Of a stretch of DNA of 64,000 nucleotides, positions 27,003-36,297 are shown piece after piece. The notes under the pieces were generated by a model. That model did not search any database, had not been told where the DNA came from, and was given only the letters and a program-made list of their open reading frames with translations. The position numbers were made by a program, and so were the translations under genes. The stretch's first letter is position 1; each line of letters begins with the position of its first letter. This stretch comes from a virus: positions 1 to 64,000 of IMG/VR virus record IMGVR_UViG_3300003690_000024; one strand, given 5' to 3'.

Positions 27003-27685
27003 AAGTAGCACTCTGTTTACATGGTCTTGTTGGAACTGATGATAAGTACGGCAAAGGCAACAAACTAATAAATCATAAGGTAGGGTATAAGCACTTTAAG
27101 CAGCACGTAATGGACGTTAACGACCAAGTCGACGTTTTTATACATACGTGGAGTGTAAACCAAAAAGATAAGGTGGTCGAGACCTATAATCCCGTGGCCA
27201 TAAAAGCAGAGCAGCAACCTAAAACTGATTATGAGATCCCAGGAGTGCATGCTAACTTTTGTCGATGGACCTCCGTAAAAGAAGTCATCTCTCTCATGAA
27301 TAAAAGTGATGTAGAGTATGATTGGGTCTTATTAACGCGATTTGATATAGCTTTGTTGGTCGACTTTGTTTTTAGCGAGTTCGACAAGACTAAATTTTAT
27401 GCTCAAGGTCCTGCAGGGCCCTCCGAAAATGGACTTCACCTTATGAATGATCTGTGGTTTTGTGCAACGCCCGATGATATGACAGTCTTTGCTACGCTGT
27501 TTGATTCGCTACCTGAGTATAAACAGCATATGATAAGTAATCATCAACTTGCGAGAAAACACTTGCTTCAAACTGGCCTCCATGATAAACTAGAGTATAA
27601 ATTTTTACGAGAATGGACTGGTGCTGCAGGCAAACTTTCAAGCGACACACCTCTCGTAAGATGGCATTATATGAATAAGGTTTAA
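26999..27685 (+). CDS. Hypothetical glycan-pathway protein (possible glycosyltransferase)
   Basis: MKVALCLHG, DVFIHTW, YDWVLLTRFD, ND.WF pattern common in polysaccharide loci. Confidence 0.6.
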   Translation: MKVALCLHGLVGTDDKYGKGNKLINHKVGYKHFKQHVMDVNDQVDVFIHTWSVNQKDKVVETYNPVAIKAEQQPKTDYEIPGVHANFCRWTSVKEVISLMNKSDVEYDWVLLTRFDIALLVDFVFSEFDKTKFYAQGPAGPSENGLHLMNDLWFCATPDDMTVFATLFDSLPEYKQHMISNHQLARKHLLQTGLHDKLEYKFLREWTGAAGKLSSDTPLVRWHYMNKV

Positions 27686-27686
27686 A

Positions 27687-28118
27687 TTGTATTTAATTGC
27701 ACATAGAGGAAACGTAGCGGGCAAAAACCCAGACTTTGAAAACACCCCTCCTTATCTTGATGTTGCTCTTGTGCGGGGTTATGATGTGGAAGTCGATGTT
27801 TGGTATGTTGATGGTAAATATTATTTAGGTCACAACGACCCCGAAATAGAAACTACCCTCGAATATTTGAGTAACGACAGATTTTGGTGTCACTGTAAAA
27901 ATGTAGAGGCGCTGCAGCAGCTAATAAGACACGGTGTGCATTGTTTCTTCCACCAAACTGATGATGTCACCTTGACATCCAAGGGGATATTGTGGACATT
28001 TCCTAAAAAGAAATTGGTTGATGGGTCTGTTTGCGTGATGCCCGAGTTGGGATACGATGGAGATTTGTTTATGTGCGGTGGTATTTGTAGCGATTTTATA
28101 GAGGATTATAAAGTATGA
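27687..28118 (+). CDS. Glycerophosphodiester phosphodiesterase-like (PLC-like) short protein
   Basis: IAHRGN, EN, GYDVEVDVW, LGHND, HCKN, GICSD. Confidence 0.8.
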   Translation: MYLIAHRGNVAGKNPDFENTPPYLDVALVRGYDVEVDVWYVDGKYYLGHNDPEIETTLEYLSNDRFWCHCKNVEALQQLIRHGVHCFFHQTDDVTLTSKGILWTFPKKKLVDGSVCVMPELGYDGDLFMCGGICSDFIEDYKV

Positions 28119-28936
28119 AGACTGTCTATATTCTTGGCCGCGGCCAATCATTGAGGGGCCTAGAAAACGCAGAAATTGAGAGCGACACTGATGTTATATT
28201 AGTGAACAATCATACCAATACAATTGAAAACCCTCAAATGTCAGAAAAACTAGCTGATACAAATATTTATGTGATGTGCAACATAAACCAAGCAGGATTT
28301 GTTCCCGCGGTTCTAGAGAGAGCCAATATTACAAGCTGCTTAACTAACCGATTCAAACCAGACTGGCCCCTATGGCGCAAACAAAAAGCGGCACAGCGCA
28401 AACATGATGAGGGGGGTGCTCTGAATAACCTTGGACGATTGCCATATTTAGCCGAAGATGAGCCCTATCTCTATGCTTGGCGAGGGCCAGAAGATCGTAA
28501 TCACGAGGTGATGAAAACCTATGACAATCGCGTGATTGAACATATGCCCGAAGAGGCCGAACAGTATTTAATGGAGGTTTACGAGAATAAGCTCGTTTGT
28601 AATTGCGCCTACTATGGCACACTTTATGCGTTAGTAAAACTTAAGGCAGCCAGAGTGGTATATTATGGTCTGGATTTTTACGAGAATATAGATATTAAAA
28701 AGGAGTGGTATTTACAGCCTCCCGCGTATCTCTCGCCAGATTGGTATCAACTTAGAATGCGCTATGAGGGGGAACATATGCGCCTTTTGTGGGATGAGTA
28801 CTTAGCGCGATATTTTCCAGAAGTAATATTCGAATTTAATACGATTGCTTCTTTGGATTTGAAGAGTGCGAATATAATTTATAATCTTATTTCGTTCGAA
28901 AGCCTAGGAAAGATGTCCTCTACATATTATTCATAA
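28115..28936 (+). CDS. Putative sialyltransferase-like/MAF-like glycosyltransferase
   Basis: VYILGRGQSL...VN and YYGLDFY, resembling GT29/GT42/Maf motifs. Confidence 0.5.
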   Translation: MKTVYILGRGQSLRGLENAEIESDTDVILVNNHTNTIENPQMSEKLADTNIYVMCNINQAGFVPAVLERANITSCLTNRFKPDWPLWRKQKAAQRKHDEGGALNNLGRLPYLAEDEPYLYAWRGPEDRNHEVMKTYDNRVIEHMPEEAEQYLMEVYENKLVCNCAYYGTLYALVKLKAARVVYYGLDFYENIDIKKEWYLQPPAYLSPDWYQLRMRYEGEHMRLLWDEYLARYFPEVIFEFNTIASLDLKSANIIYNLISFESLGKMSSTYYS

Positions 28937-28987
28937 AGATTAGTCTATTTACATGGTAGAATAAATTTGTAACAAAGGTGGGTTAAA

Positions 28988-30700
28988 ATGACAAAATTAA
29001 GTATAATATCTTCGACTGCTCCGGCTCATCCTTCTGAGATTACTAAAGAATTTAATGTGGGAAGCTTTAAGGGGATAAAAATTATGTTTATTAATATGCC
29101 CCTACGTGAATCTGCCGCCCCAAACGTGCCCCCCGAGGGTCCTGGAATACTTTCTGCTATTTGCCGAATGTACGGCGCTAAGCCATCTATACTGGACCTA
29201 AATGCTTATCGTATAAAAGACAACGCGGCCACAGGGATGCCCAACGGCCGCTATCTGACTCTCGGAGAGGCCGAAGATTTAATTGTTCGTCATTTCAATA
29301 TGTGGGACGTCCCTGATATCGTCGCGCTTTCGGGGATTATTACGACGCTTAAATGGCAAGAAGATATAGCCGCCATAGTTAAAAAGCACCTTCCAGAATG
29401 TTTCCTTGTATCAGGGAATGGCCTTGCTACCGAGATTAAAAAAGGCCTTTTTCACTGGATTCCAGAATTGGATGCTATCGCGCGCTCCGAGGGTGATGAT
29501 ATTATTTTAGCAATTCTAAGTGATGCTCAGCAAATTAAAGAGTATGGCATCGAAAAAGCTTATAAAATTGGAAAATTAAGTCCTTATTATATTGGGAACT
29601 ATGCGGGGCGCCCCAGATTTCAATATGAGGGCGATCGCCCAAAAGATTTGGATGCCCTTCCATATGCGGCCATCGACCTATTAGAGACAGATCCAGATGG
29701 CTACAATGTTCTAAATCAATATATAGATATCCCTGTATGGGGGCTAGCGGCCAATAACAGTTCAGCTACTCCTTTTACAATGAACCGAAGCTTAACAACC
29801 GTAAGCAGCCGCGGCTGTCCATATGCGTGTGCTTTTTGTTATCGCGGGGCACAAGGGGAAAGAAATTATGGGATGAGATCCAGCGAACACATAGCAAAAC
29901 AAGTTCGTGGGTACGTCGACGACTATAACCTAGACTTTATTGGATTCGTTGACGACAATTTTGCTGTCGACAAGCGACGCATTAAAAGAATGATTCCTGT
30001 TTTTAAGGAATACGGACTTGACAAAGTGCGATGGGGGACCCATACTAGAATGGACGAAGCTGATGCTCGTCTTGTTGATATGGCGGAATCAGGCTGTGTT
30101 TATATCGGTTTTGGAGCCGAGTCAGCTTCTGAGCATACTCTAATTTTAATGAAGAAGGGTGGCCATATTCTCCGAAATGGACTAGAGGAAATAAAAGTGA
30201 ATGGCACAAACTATAAGTTCCCAAAGACCATGGTTAATGGTATCAAAAACTGTCACGATACTGGGATCCATCCCAACTGTACGTGGATTATGGGATATCC
30301 TGGCGAAACGTTAGAAGATTTAAAAATAAGTGTTGCCTTTATTCTGTGGCAACAAGAATTTTGGTCGAGTTTCTATCCGGTAGGAACTCCCGAACACGCG
30401 AACGCACTAGAAGCAGTCAATCGAAAAATGTTTACAGCCACCGCCTACCCCGGTACCGAAATGTGGAAAACTGTGCAGCCCGATTTAAAGAAACACTTTA
30501 ATATAATGTTTGATGAAACAAATACTCCTATTTGTGATGAAAATTTTCACCAATATGTTTTAGAATTGGATGATGCTACTAAAGTCTTAAATTCTTTAAG
30601 TGGAGAAGAGGTTAATTATGGGGCGATGTCTTCGGACACATTCTTGGAAACTCGTTCTCATATTGATAACAATGAGATAGAAAAGATTTTGGAGATGTAA
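28988..30700 (+). CDS. Cobalamin-binding radical SAM enzyme (class B methyltransferase-like)
   Basis: N-terminal B12-binding-like region; SSRGCPYACAFC, FVDDNF, GFGAESAS, IMGYPGET, YPGT. Confidence 0.9.
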   Translation: MTKLSIISSTAPAHPSEITKEFNVGSFKGIKIMFINMPLRESAAPNVPPEGPGILSAICRMYGAKPSILDLNAYRIKDNAATGMPNGRYLTLGEAEDLIVRHFNMWDVPDIVALSGIITTLKWQEDIAAIVKKHLPECFLVSGNGLATEIKKGLFHWIPELDAIARSEGDDIILAILSDAQQIKEYGIEKAYKIGKLSPYYIGNYAGRPRFQYEGDRPKDLDALPYAAIDLLETDPDGYNVLNQYIDIPVWGLAANNSSATPFTMNRSLTTVSSRGCPYACAFCYRGAQGERNYGMRSSEHIAKQVRGYVDDYNLDFIGFVDDNFAVDKRRIKRMIPVFKEYGLDKVRWGTHTRMDEADARLVDMAESGCVYIGFGAESASEHTLILMKKGGHILRNGLEEIKVNGTNYKFPKTMVNGIKNCHDTGIHPNCTWIMGYPGETLEDLKISVAFILWQQEFWSSFYPVGTPEHANALEAVNRKMFTATAYPGTEMWKTVQPDLKKHFNIMFDETNTPICDENFHQYVLELDDATKVLNSLSGEEVNYGAMSSDTFLETRSHIDNNEIEKILEM

Positions 30701-31336
30701 TTGGAGTATATCTTAATACCAGCGCGCCTCGGCTCCAAAGGATTGCCATTGAAAAATAGGATTTTGGTTCCGGAATTATTGCAAAAATTAAATGATGTGG
30801 GACTATCATCGCGAGTTGTGCTTTCAACAGATGATATGTGGATACAAAATCAGGTAACTCAATTTGAGATAAAAATTAGACAAAGACCTCCCGGAATAGC
30901 AAACGATATGACTCCAATGCGCGCAGTTTTGTTGGATATCATCGAGCACTATAAGATTGAAGAGGATAGCAATATCATGACACTATATCCCACATATCCG
31001 GAAAGAAACTACGACGATATTTGTAAATTTATAGATTTTTATTATGAAAATAATTTAAATTCTGCTTTATGTAAGAAAAATATAAAAACTCATCCGTATA
31101 TGTGTTTGATAGAGAAAGGTATCTACTCAAAAACGTTAATTGATCATAAATTGTATCGACGACAAGATTATCCAAAATGTTTTGAGATATCTCATTTTAT
31201 TTGTGCCTCAAAAGCTTCTGAGGTCGAAAAATTAAATAATCAACTTTTTAATAATTCAACGGGGTTTTACTCTATTTCTGACAAGATTGATGTAGACCAT
31301 AAGGCTGATTTAAATAAATGGAAGAACGAAGTATGA
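30701..31336 (+). CDS. neuA: CMP-nonulosonate (acylneuraminate) cytidylyltransferase
   Basis: IPARLGSKGLPLKN, VLSTDD, RP, RRQD, IDVD. Confidence 0.85.
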   Translation: MEYILIPARLGSKGLPLKNRILVPELLQKLNDVGLSSRVVLSTDDMWIQNQVTQFEIKIRQRPPGIANDMTPMRAVLLDIIEHYKIEEDSNIMTLYPTYPERNYDDICKFIDFYYENNLNSALCKKNIKTHPYMCLIEKGIYSKTLIDHKLYRRQDYPKCFEISHFICASKASEVEKLNNQLFNNSTGFYSISDKIDVDHKADLNKWKNEV

Positions 31337-32160
31337 GCTTTGTTAAAGTAATAGCTGAAATTGGTATCAACCATAATGGGTCGGTAGAGACAGCCAAAAG
31401 ATTGATTGAAGCCTCTATATTAGCTGGGTGTGACTATGTAAAGTTCCAAAAAAGAACTCCTGATTTATGTGTTCCAGAACAACAAAAAAATAAAATAAGA
31501 CAGACTCCGTGGGGAGAATTGCGTTATATTGACTATAAAAAGAAAATTGAATTTGGAAAGGAAGAGTGCGAGGAGCTTTTTGATTATGTTAAGGAGAAAC
31601 CAATTGAGTTGTTTGCATCGGTGTGGGACAAACCTTCCGTTGATTTTATGAAAGAGTATACTAGTATTATGAAGATCGGATCCGCGCTAATTAATGATAT
31701 AGATTTGTGTAAATATGCTCGTACAAACTGCGAACTACTTATTATTTCCACAGGCATGAGCACAGAATCCGAAATAGAAGAGTGCATCAAAAGCTGTAAT
31801 CCGAATGTTGTTATGCACACCAACTCCACTTACCCGTCGCCGGTTTCAGAGCTAAATTTAAACTATATTAACTGGCTTAAGGAAAAGTGGAACGATAAAG
31901 AAATTGGATATAGCGGCCATGAATATGGCTTGACCACAACTTTTGCAACGGTTGCGATGGGGTGCACCTGGATAGAAAGGCACCTAACGCTAGACAGAAC
32001 AATGTGGGGAAGCGATCAGATAGCTTCCGTTGAGCCGCAAGGATTGATAAAATTAGTAAAGGGAATTCGAGATATTGAAGACGCGATGGGAACTGGCGGC
32101 CCACGTAAAGTATTGGATGGTGAAAAAGCAAAAAGAAAAACCCTAAGGAGGAAAAGTTGA
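31333..32160 (+). CDS. neuB: N-acetylneuraminate synthase family protein (no C-terminal SAF domain)
   Basis: IAEIGINHNG, VKFQKR, KIGS, ISTGMS, HTNSTYP, GYSGHE, IERHLTLDR. Confidence 0.92.
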   Translation: MSFVKVIAEIGINHNGSVETAKRLIEASILAGCDYVKFQKRTPDLCVPEQQKNKIRQTPWGELRYIDYKKKIEFGKEECEELFDYVKEKPIELFASVWDKPSVDFMKEYTSIMKIGSALINDIDLCKYARTNCELLIISTGMSTESEIEECIKSCNPNVVMHTNSTYPSPVSELNLNYINWLKEKWNDKEIGYSGHEYGLTTTFATVAMGCTWIERHLTLDRTMWGSDQIASVEPQGLIKLVKGIRDIEDAMGTGGPRKVLDGEKAKRKTLRRKS

Positions 32161-32465
32161 TTTACTACGTCGACATAGATGAAACAATTTGTTACTATGA
32201 GGGCCCTAGAGAATATCCGTTCGCGCTTCCTATTCATGAGAATATCAAAAAGATTAATGATTTATATGATGCGGGACACACCGTTGTTTACTGGACTGCG
32301 CGCGGCTCTTTGAGCGGCATCGATTGGAGAGAGATAACAGAAAAGCAGTTTGAAAAGTGGGGAGTGAAGTTCCATGAATTAAGACTCCAGAAGCCGGCCT
32401 ACGATGTATTTATATGTGATAAGGCCATTAATTCAAATATATTTTTTAAAGGAAAGAAACAATGA
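32157..32465 (+). CDS. Capless HAD phosphatase
   Basis: YVDIDETIC, WTARG, KPAYDVFICDKA. Confidence 0.8.
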   Translation: MIYYVDIDETICYYEGPREYPFALPIHENIKKINDLYDAGHTVVYWTARGSLSGIDWREITEKQFEKWGVKFHELRLQKPAYDVFICDKAINSNIFFKGKKQ

Positions 32466-33469
32466 AGAAAGTACTAGTATGTGGTGGTGGCGGTTTTATC
32501 GGTGGCGCCATGGCCAAGAGGCTAAAACAAGATGGGTACTGGGTACGCGTCGTGGATCTGAAGCTTCATGACTTTTTTGACATAATGGAGGTTGTAGATG
32601 AATTTGTACAGGGCGATCTCCGGGACCCTACAGTGTGTGATCAAGTGGTTACTGAGGACTTGGACGAAATCTATCAGTTTGCGGCCGACATGGGAGGCGC
32701 CGGATTTGTATTTACTGGCGAGAATGATGCGGATATTATGCACAACTCAGCCATGATTAATCTCAATATTGCCGAACAGTGTGTTAAGAAAGGCGTTAAT
32801 CGAATTTTTTACTCGTCATCTGCTTGTATATATCCTGAGCACAATCAGCTCGATCCGGATAATCCCAATTGTGTTGAGCACTCCGCATACCCCTCTCAGC
32901 CTGATTCAGAGTATGGTTGGGAGAAATTATTTAGTGAGCGGCTTTGGCTTGCTTTTGCGCGTAATTATGGATTAACAGTCCGCGTCGCGCGCTATCATAA
33001 CATTTTTGGGCCCTTGGGCACGTGGGACGGCGGCCGCGAGAAAGCCCCTGCCGCGTTCTGTAGAAAGGTCGCTGTAGCCTCTGAGGGCGACGAGATTGAA
33101 GTTTGGGGCGACGGTGCACAGACGAGGTCCTTCCTCTACATTGACGAGTGTATAGAGGCTACTAAGCGCCTTATGGATCATCCTACATTTGTTGGTCCTG
33201 TCAATATCGGATCCGAAGAAATGATCGCGATCAACAAGTTCGCCGAGATGGCTATTGAGATCTCGGGCAAAACGCTAACTATTGATAATATTGATGGTGG
33301 CCGCTTCGAAACTAAGTATGGATTCCCTACTCCGATCGGTGTCCGCGGCCGGAACTCAGATAACGCCCTGATTCGTGAAAAACTAGGGTGGGACTATGAG
33401 CAATCGTTGCGTGTTGGTATGGAAAAAACATATCACTGGATCAATCAGCAGGTGCAAGAAAATGGCTAA
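32462..33469 (+). CDS. NAD-dependent epimerase, GDP-mannose 3,5-epimerase-like
   Basis: GGGGFIG, AADMGGAGF, YSSSACIYPE, YGWEK, GGREKAPAAFCRK, GVRGRNSDN. Confidence 0.88.
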   Translation: MKKVLVCGGGGFIGGAMAKRLKQDGYWVRVVDLKLHDFFDIMEVVDEFVQGDLRDPTVCDQVVTEDLDEIYQFAADMGGAGFVFTGENDADIMHNSAMINLNIAEQCVKKGVNRIFYSSSACIYPEHNQLDPDNPNCVEHSAYPSQPDSEYGWEKLFSERLWLAFARNYGLTVRVARYHNIFGPLGTWDGGREKAPAAFCRKVAVASEGDEIEVWGDGAQTRSFLYIDECIEATKRLMDHPTFVGPVNIGSEEMIAINKFAEMAIEISGKTLTIDNIDGGRFETKYGFPTPIGVRGRNSDNALIREKLGWDYEQSLRVGMEKTYHWINQQVQENG

Positions 33470-34349
33470 ATGTCTCGTGACCGGTCACGTGGGCTATATT
33501 GGATCTAAGCTTTATAAAAAACTTCAGGATCTCGGGCATGAAGTGCTTGGGGTGGATCTAGAAGACGAGATCTCCGGCGATGTTAAAAAAGTTTTAAGTG
33601 AAGATACGGATGGCCACTTTCATCCATATTATTCTTCTTTTGAACCTGAGTATATTTTTCATTTAGCATGTTGGCCACGTGTGGTATACTCAATGGAAGA
33701 GCCAGTCGCTACTATGGAAAATAATGCGTTGGCTGGCTCCGTTCTTTTAAATTTTGCTAAAAAGTGTCCGTCGGTGAAAAGGGTTATATATTCTAGTTCT
33801 TCCTCTATTGTGGGTAATGGCCATGGCCCAACCAACCCCTATGCACTTCAAAAATATGTTACAGAGCTAGAATGTAAAATTTATGCCGAATTATTTGGGC
33901 TTGACACTGTTTCTTTAAGGTATTTTAATGTATACTCTGAAGATCAGAAGGCCACAGGGCCTTATGCTACGGCGGTCGCTAACTGGATGGAACACATTAG
34001 AACCTGTAAAACACCCTTCATAACGGGCGACGGAGAACAAAGACGGGACATGATCCACGTTGACGACGTTGTGTCGGCTAATATATTTGCGATGGATTAC
34101 GCAGAGCGATTTGACGGAGCTATTTTTGATATTGGCACAGGAGATAATATCTCTTTAAATGAAATAAAAGAGATTGCTCAGACGTACCATAATATTGAAT
34201 TTGACTACACGCCTCCACGCGATGGCGATGTTTTAGAAACCCGCGCGAACACACAGAAGTTAAAAAATATTGGCTGGAAACACTCTATATCAATTAAAGA
34301 CGGTATACATAGCTGTTTCAAAAATACACAAACAAAGGAGTTAAAATGA
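33462..34349 (+). CDS. NAD-dependent sugar epimerase/dehydratase
   Basis: VTGHVGYIG, YSSSSS, YALQK, LRYFNVY, GDGEQRRDMIHVDDV. Confidence 0.88.
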   Translation: MAKCLVTGHVGYIGSKLYKKLQDLGHEVLGVDLEDEISGDVKKVLSEDTDGHFHPYYSSFEPEYIFHLACWPRVVYSMEEPVATMENNALAGSVLLNFAKKCPSVKRVIYSSSSSIVGNGHGPTNPYALQKYVTELECKIYAELFGLDTVSLRYFNVYSEDQKATGPYATAVANWMEHIRTCKTPFITGDGEQRRDMIHVDDVVSANIFAMDYAERFDGAIFDIGTGDNISLNEIKEIAQTYHNIEFDYTPPRDGDVLETRANTQKLKNIGWKHSISIKDGIHSCFKNTQTKELK

Positions 34350-34561
34350 AACTAACCAATCAAGCAATTGGTGCCCTTATGATGGCACTTCAAAAATCAT
34401 TAATGGAACAAAGCGATATAGTTCCAACTCTTCAGGAAATGAATTTTGCGATGAATCCTGAAGATAGTAGTCATTCTACATTAGTGATAATAAACCCTCC
34501 AGTGGTCTCATTCGAAAGTGTAGACTTTACTGAGGATATAGAACAAGAAAGGAAAAATTAA
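34346..34561 (+). CDS. Hypothetical protein
   Basis: AAGGAG SD; 71 aa. Confidence 0.7.
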   Translation: MKLTNQAIGALMMALQKSLMEQSDIVPTLQEMNFAMNPEDSSHSTLVIINPPVVSFESVDFTEDIEQERKN

Positions 34562-34562
34562 G

Positions 34563-34745
34563 ATGGCACAAACACGAACAAGCTTAAAAAAAGCAAAGAC
34601 GTCCACTAAGACAGTTTCTGAGGCCCACGTACGCGAAGTTGTTGATGAGATGCTCAGAACAGCGTTTCGTTCTCATTCCCGCGACCTCGAAACGGTTTTG
34701 AACGATATCGATCGTAGATTGCGACTATTAGAAGAAAAGAGATAA
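34563..34745 (+). CDS. Small coiled-coil hypothetical protein
   Basis: 60 aa ORF with AAGGA upstream. Confidence 0.6.
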   Translation: MAQTRTSLKKAKTSTKTVSEAHVREVVDEMLRTAFRSHSRDLETVLNDIDRRLRLLEEKR

Positions 34746-34750
34746 CGAGC

Positions 34751-35002
34751 GTGCCTCGTTATCAATATTGTTGCTCACACTGTCGTCACACTTGTGTGAT
34801 ACAGCACTTATCTGACGATACAGTATCGATCTGTCCTGCGTGCAACAAAGAGGATGCACTTGTGAAGCAGTTAACTTCTTTCACAAGCATCAACATAAAG
34901 GCTATACCAAAGGCAAAAACCGGACAGGTAACGGAGGAGTTTATTCAAACTGCTCGGCAGGACCTTAAACAGCAAAAAAAAGAATTACTTAACAAAGACT
35001 GA
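34751..35002 (+). CDS. FmdB-like zinc-ribbon protein
   Basis: MPRYQYCCSHC...CPAC. Confidence 0.8.
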   Translation: MPRYQYCCSHCRHTCVIQHLSDDTVSICPACNKEDALVKQLTSFTSINIKAIPKAKTGQVTEEFIQTARQDLKQQKKELLNKD

Positions 35003-35004
35003 TA

Positions 35005-35334
35005 ATGCTTATATACATCATACTTGCTGTCTCTATTTTACTTAACATACTGCTTGTTTGGTATGTGATAGGACTACTCAAAAAATTCTTTTTTATATCC
35101 GAAACAATGGCCGATACCTACTTGACCGCCAAAGATTTTAGTGTCTTTGTTGAATCAATGTACAGTATGGACAGTTATCATGGGGAGCCAATGATACAAG
35201 AGTTGATGTTTAGAATCCGCGAAGTTCTACAAGAGATGGAAAAATTTAGAGAAATCTTTGAGTATACGATCGATACTGAAATTGAGGATGCCCTAGATGG
35301 TGTTGATGAAGCCGAAGAAGCAGCAGAAGCGTAA
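35005..35334 (+). CDS. Single-pass membrane protein
   Basis: N-terminal hydrophobic helix, acidic tail. Confidence 0.7.
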   Translation: MLIYIILAVSILLNILLVWYVIGLLKKFFFISETMADTYLTAKDFSVFVESMYSMDSYHGEPMIQELMFRIREVLQEMEKFREIFEYTIDTEIEDALDGVDEAEEAAEA

Positions 35335-36001
35335 AAAGAATTTATATTTTACAAAGGTACATGAAGATGCCATCGTAAAGTATGCGAACACGAATGATCG
35401 TCAGATACGCACGATTCTTTATATTGAATATATTCAGCCTGCGTTCGATCAAATGGTCGATAAAATTGTTTATACTTACAGGTTTACTACCTTACCCAAT
35501 ATAGATTATCTTAAAGATGATTGTAAGATATGGCTAACTACTATTTTAAATAAATACGACCCCTCCAAGGGGTCTAAGGCTTTTTCCTATTTTTCTGTTG
35601 TTACTAAAAATTGGTTTATTCATAAGGTAAAGCAAACACAGAAACGAAATCGAACCGAAATTTTCTTAGAAGATATGCTAGAGAGGAAGGGAGAGGAATT
35701 AGAATCCGAAGAGCCTTCGTATGAAGATGAGAGAGAAGAGGCTGAATTTTGGGTATCCTTAAGCAACGAAATTAGTACGTGGGACTCTTTTATGTTAAAA
35801 GAAAATGAGAAAAAAGTATTAATGGCTGTTCGAATCGTATTAGACTCTGCAGATGAAATAGAAATTTTTAATAAAAAAGCTATTTATTTATATCTACGGG
35901 AGATAACGGGGCTTAATACAAAACAGGTTGTCAACAATTTGAAAAAGCTACGAAAAAGATACAAGGTGTTTAGGGATAAATGGGAAAACGGCGAAATTTA
36001 A
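35306..36001 (+). CDS. Phage sigma-factor-like protein (gp55-like late sigma)
   Basis: Region-2-like LKDDCKIWLTTILNKYDPSKGSKAFSYFSVVTKNWFI; C-terminal HTH-like YLREITGLNTKQVVNNL; lies just upstream of the virion genes. Confidence 0.7.
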   Translation: MKPKKQQKRKKNLYFTKVHEDAIVKYANTNDRQIRTILYIEYIQPAFDQMVDKIVYTYRFTTLPNIDYLKDDCKIWLTTILNKYDPSKGSKAFSYFSVVTKNWFIHKVKQTQKRNRTEIFLEDMLERKGEELESEEPSYEDEREEAEFWVSLSNEISTWDSFMLKENEKKVLMAVRIVLDSADEIEIFNKKAIYLYLREITGLNTKQVVNNLKKLRKRYKVFRDKWENGEI

Positions 36002-36297
36002 ATCTTGATGATTATATCGATGAAGCGACTACCAACATTCGCGAGGATCGCGCTATGGCCAAATCTTTATTAATGGATGCAATTCGTGATATGAAATTGT
36101 CTGACTCTGCACGCAAAGAGTTGGGCCCCATCGCAGCCAAGTATGTTGAGAATCTGCAGCGCTCCAACGAGCAACTGGTACGCGTTTCCGGTCTTCTGCA
36201 AAAACAGAAGGCTCAGCATGTCGGCTTAACGGACGACGATCGAGAACAGCTATTTGATTTATTACATGGCGGAGGAGAGGATAATGGCAAAGGATGA
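35980..36297 (+). CDS. Helical hypothetical protein
   Basis: 105 aa ORF overlapping neighbours in operon register. Confidence 0.7.
   Translation: MGKRRNLNLDDYIDEATTNIREDRAMAKSLLMDAIRDMKLSDSARKELGPIAAKYVENLQRSNEQLVRVSGLLQKQKAQHVGLTDDDREQLFDLLHGGGEDNGKG

Noticed and set aside
16188-34349. Bacterial capsule/O-antigen locus, implying a chromosomal or chimeric contig
   Set aside because: Continuous same-strand coupling with phage-type genes on both sides, and no export or polymerisation genes
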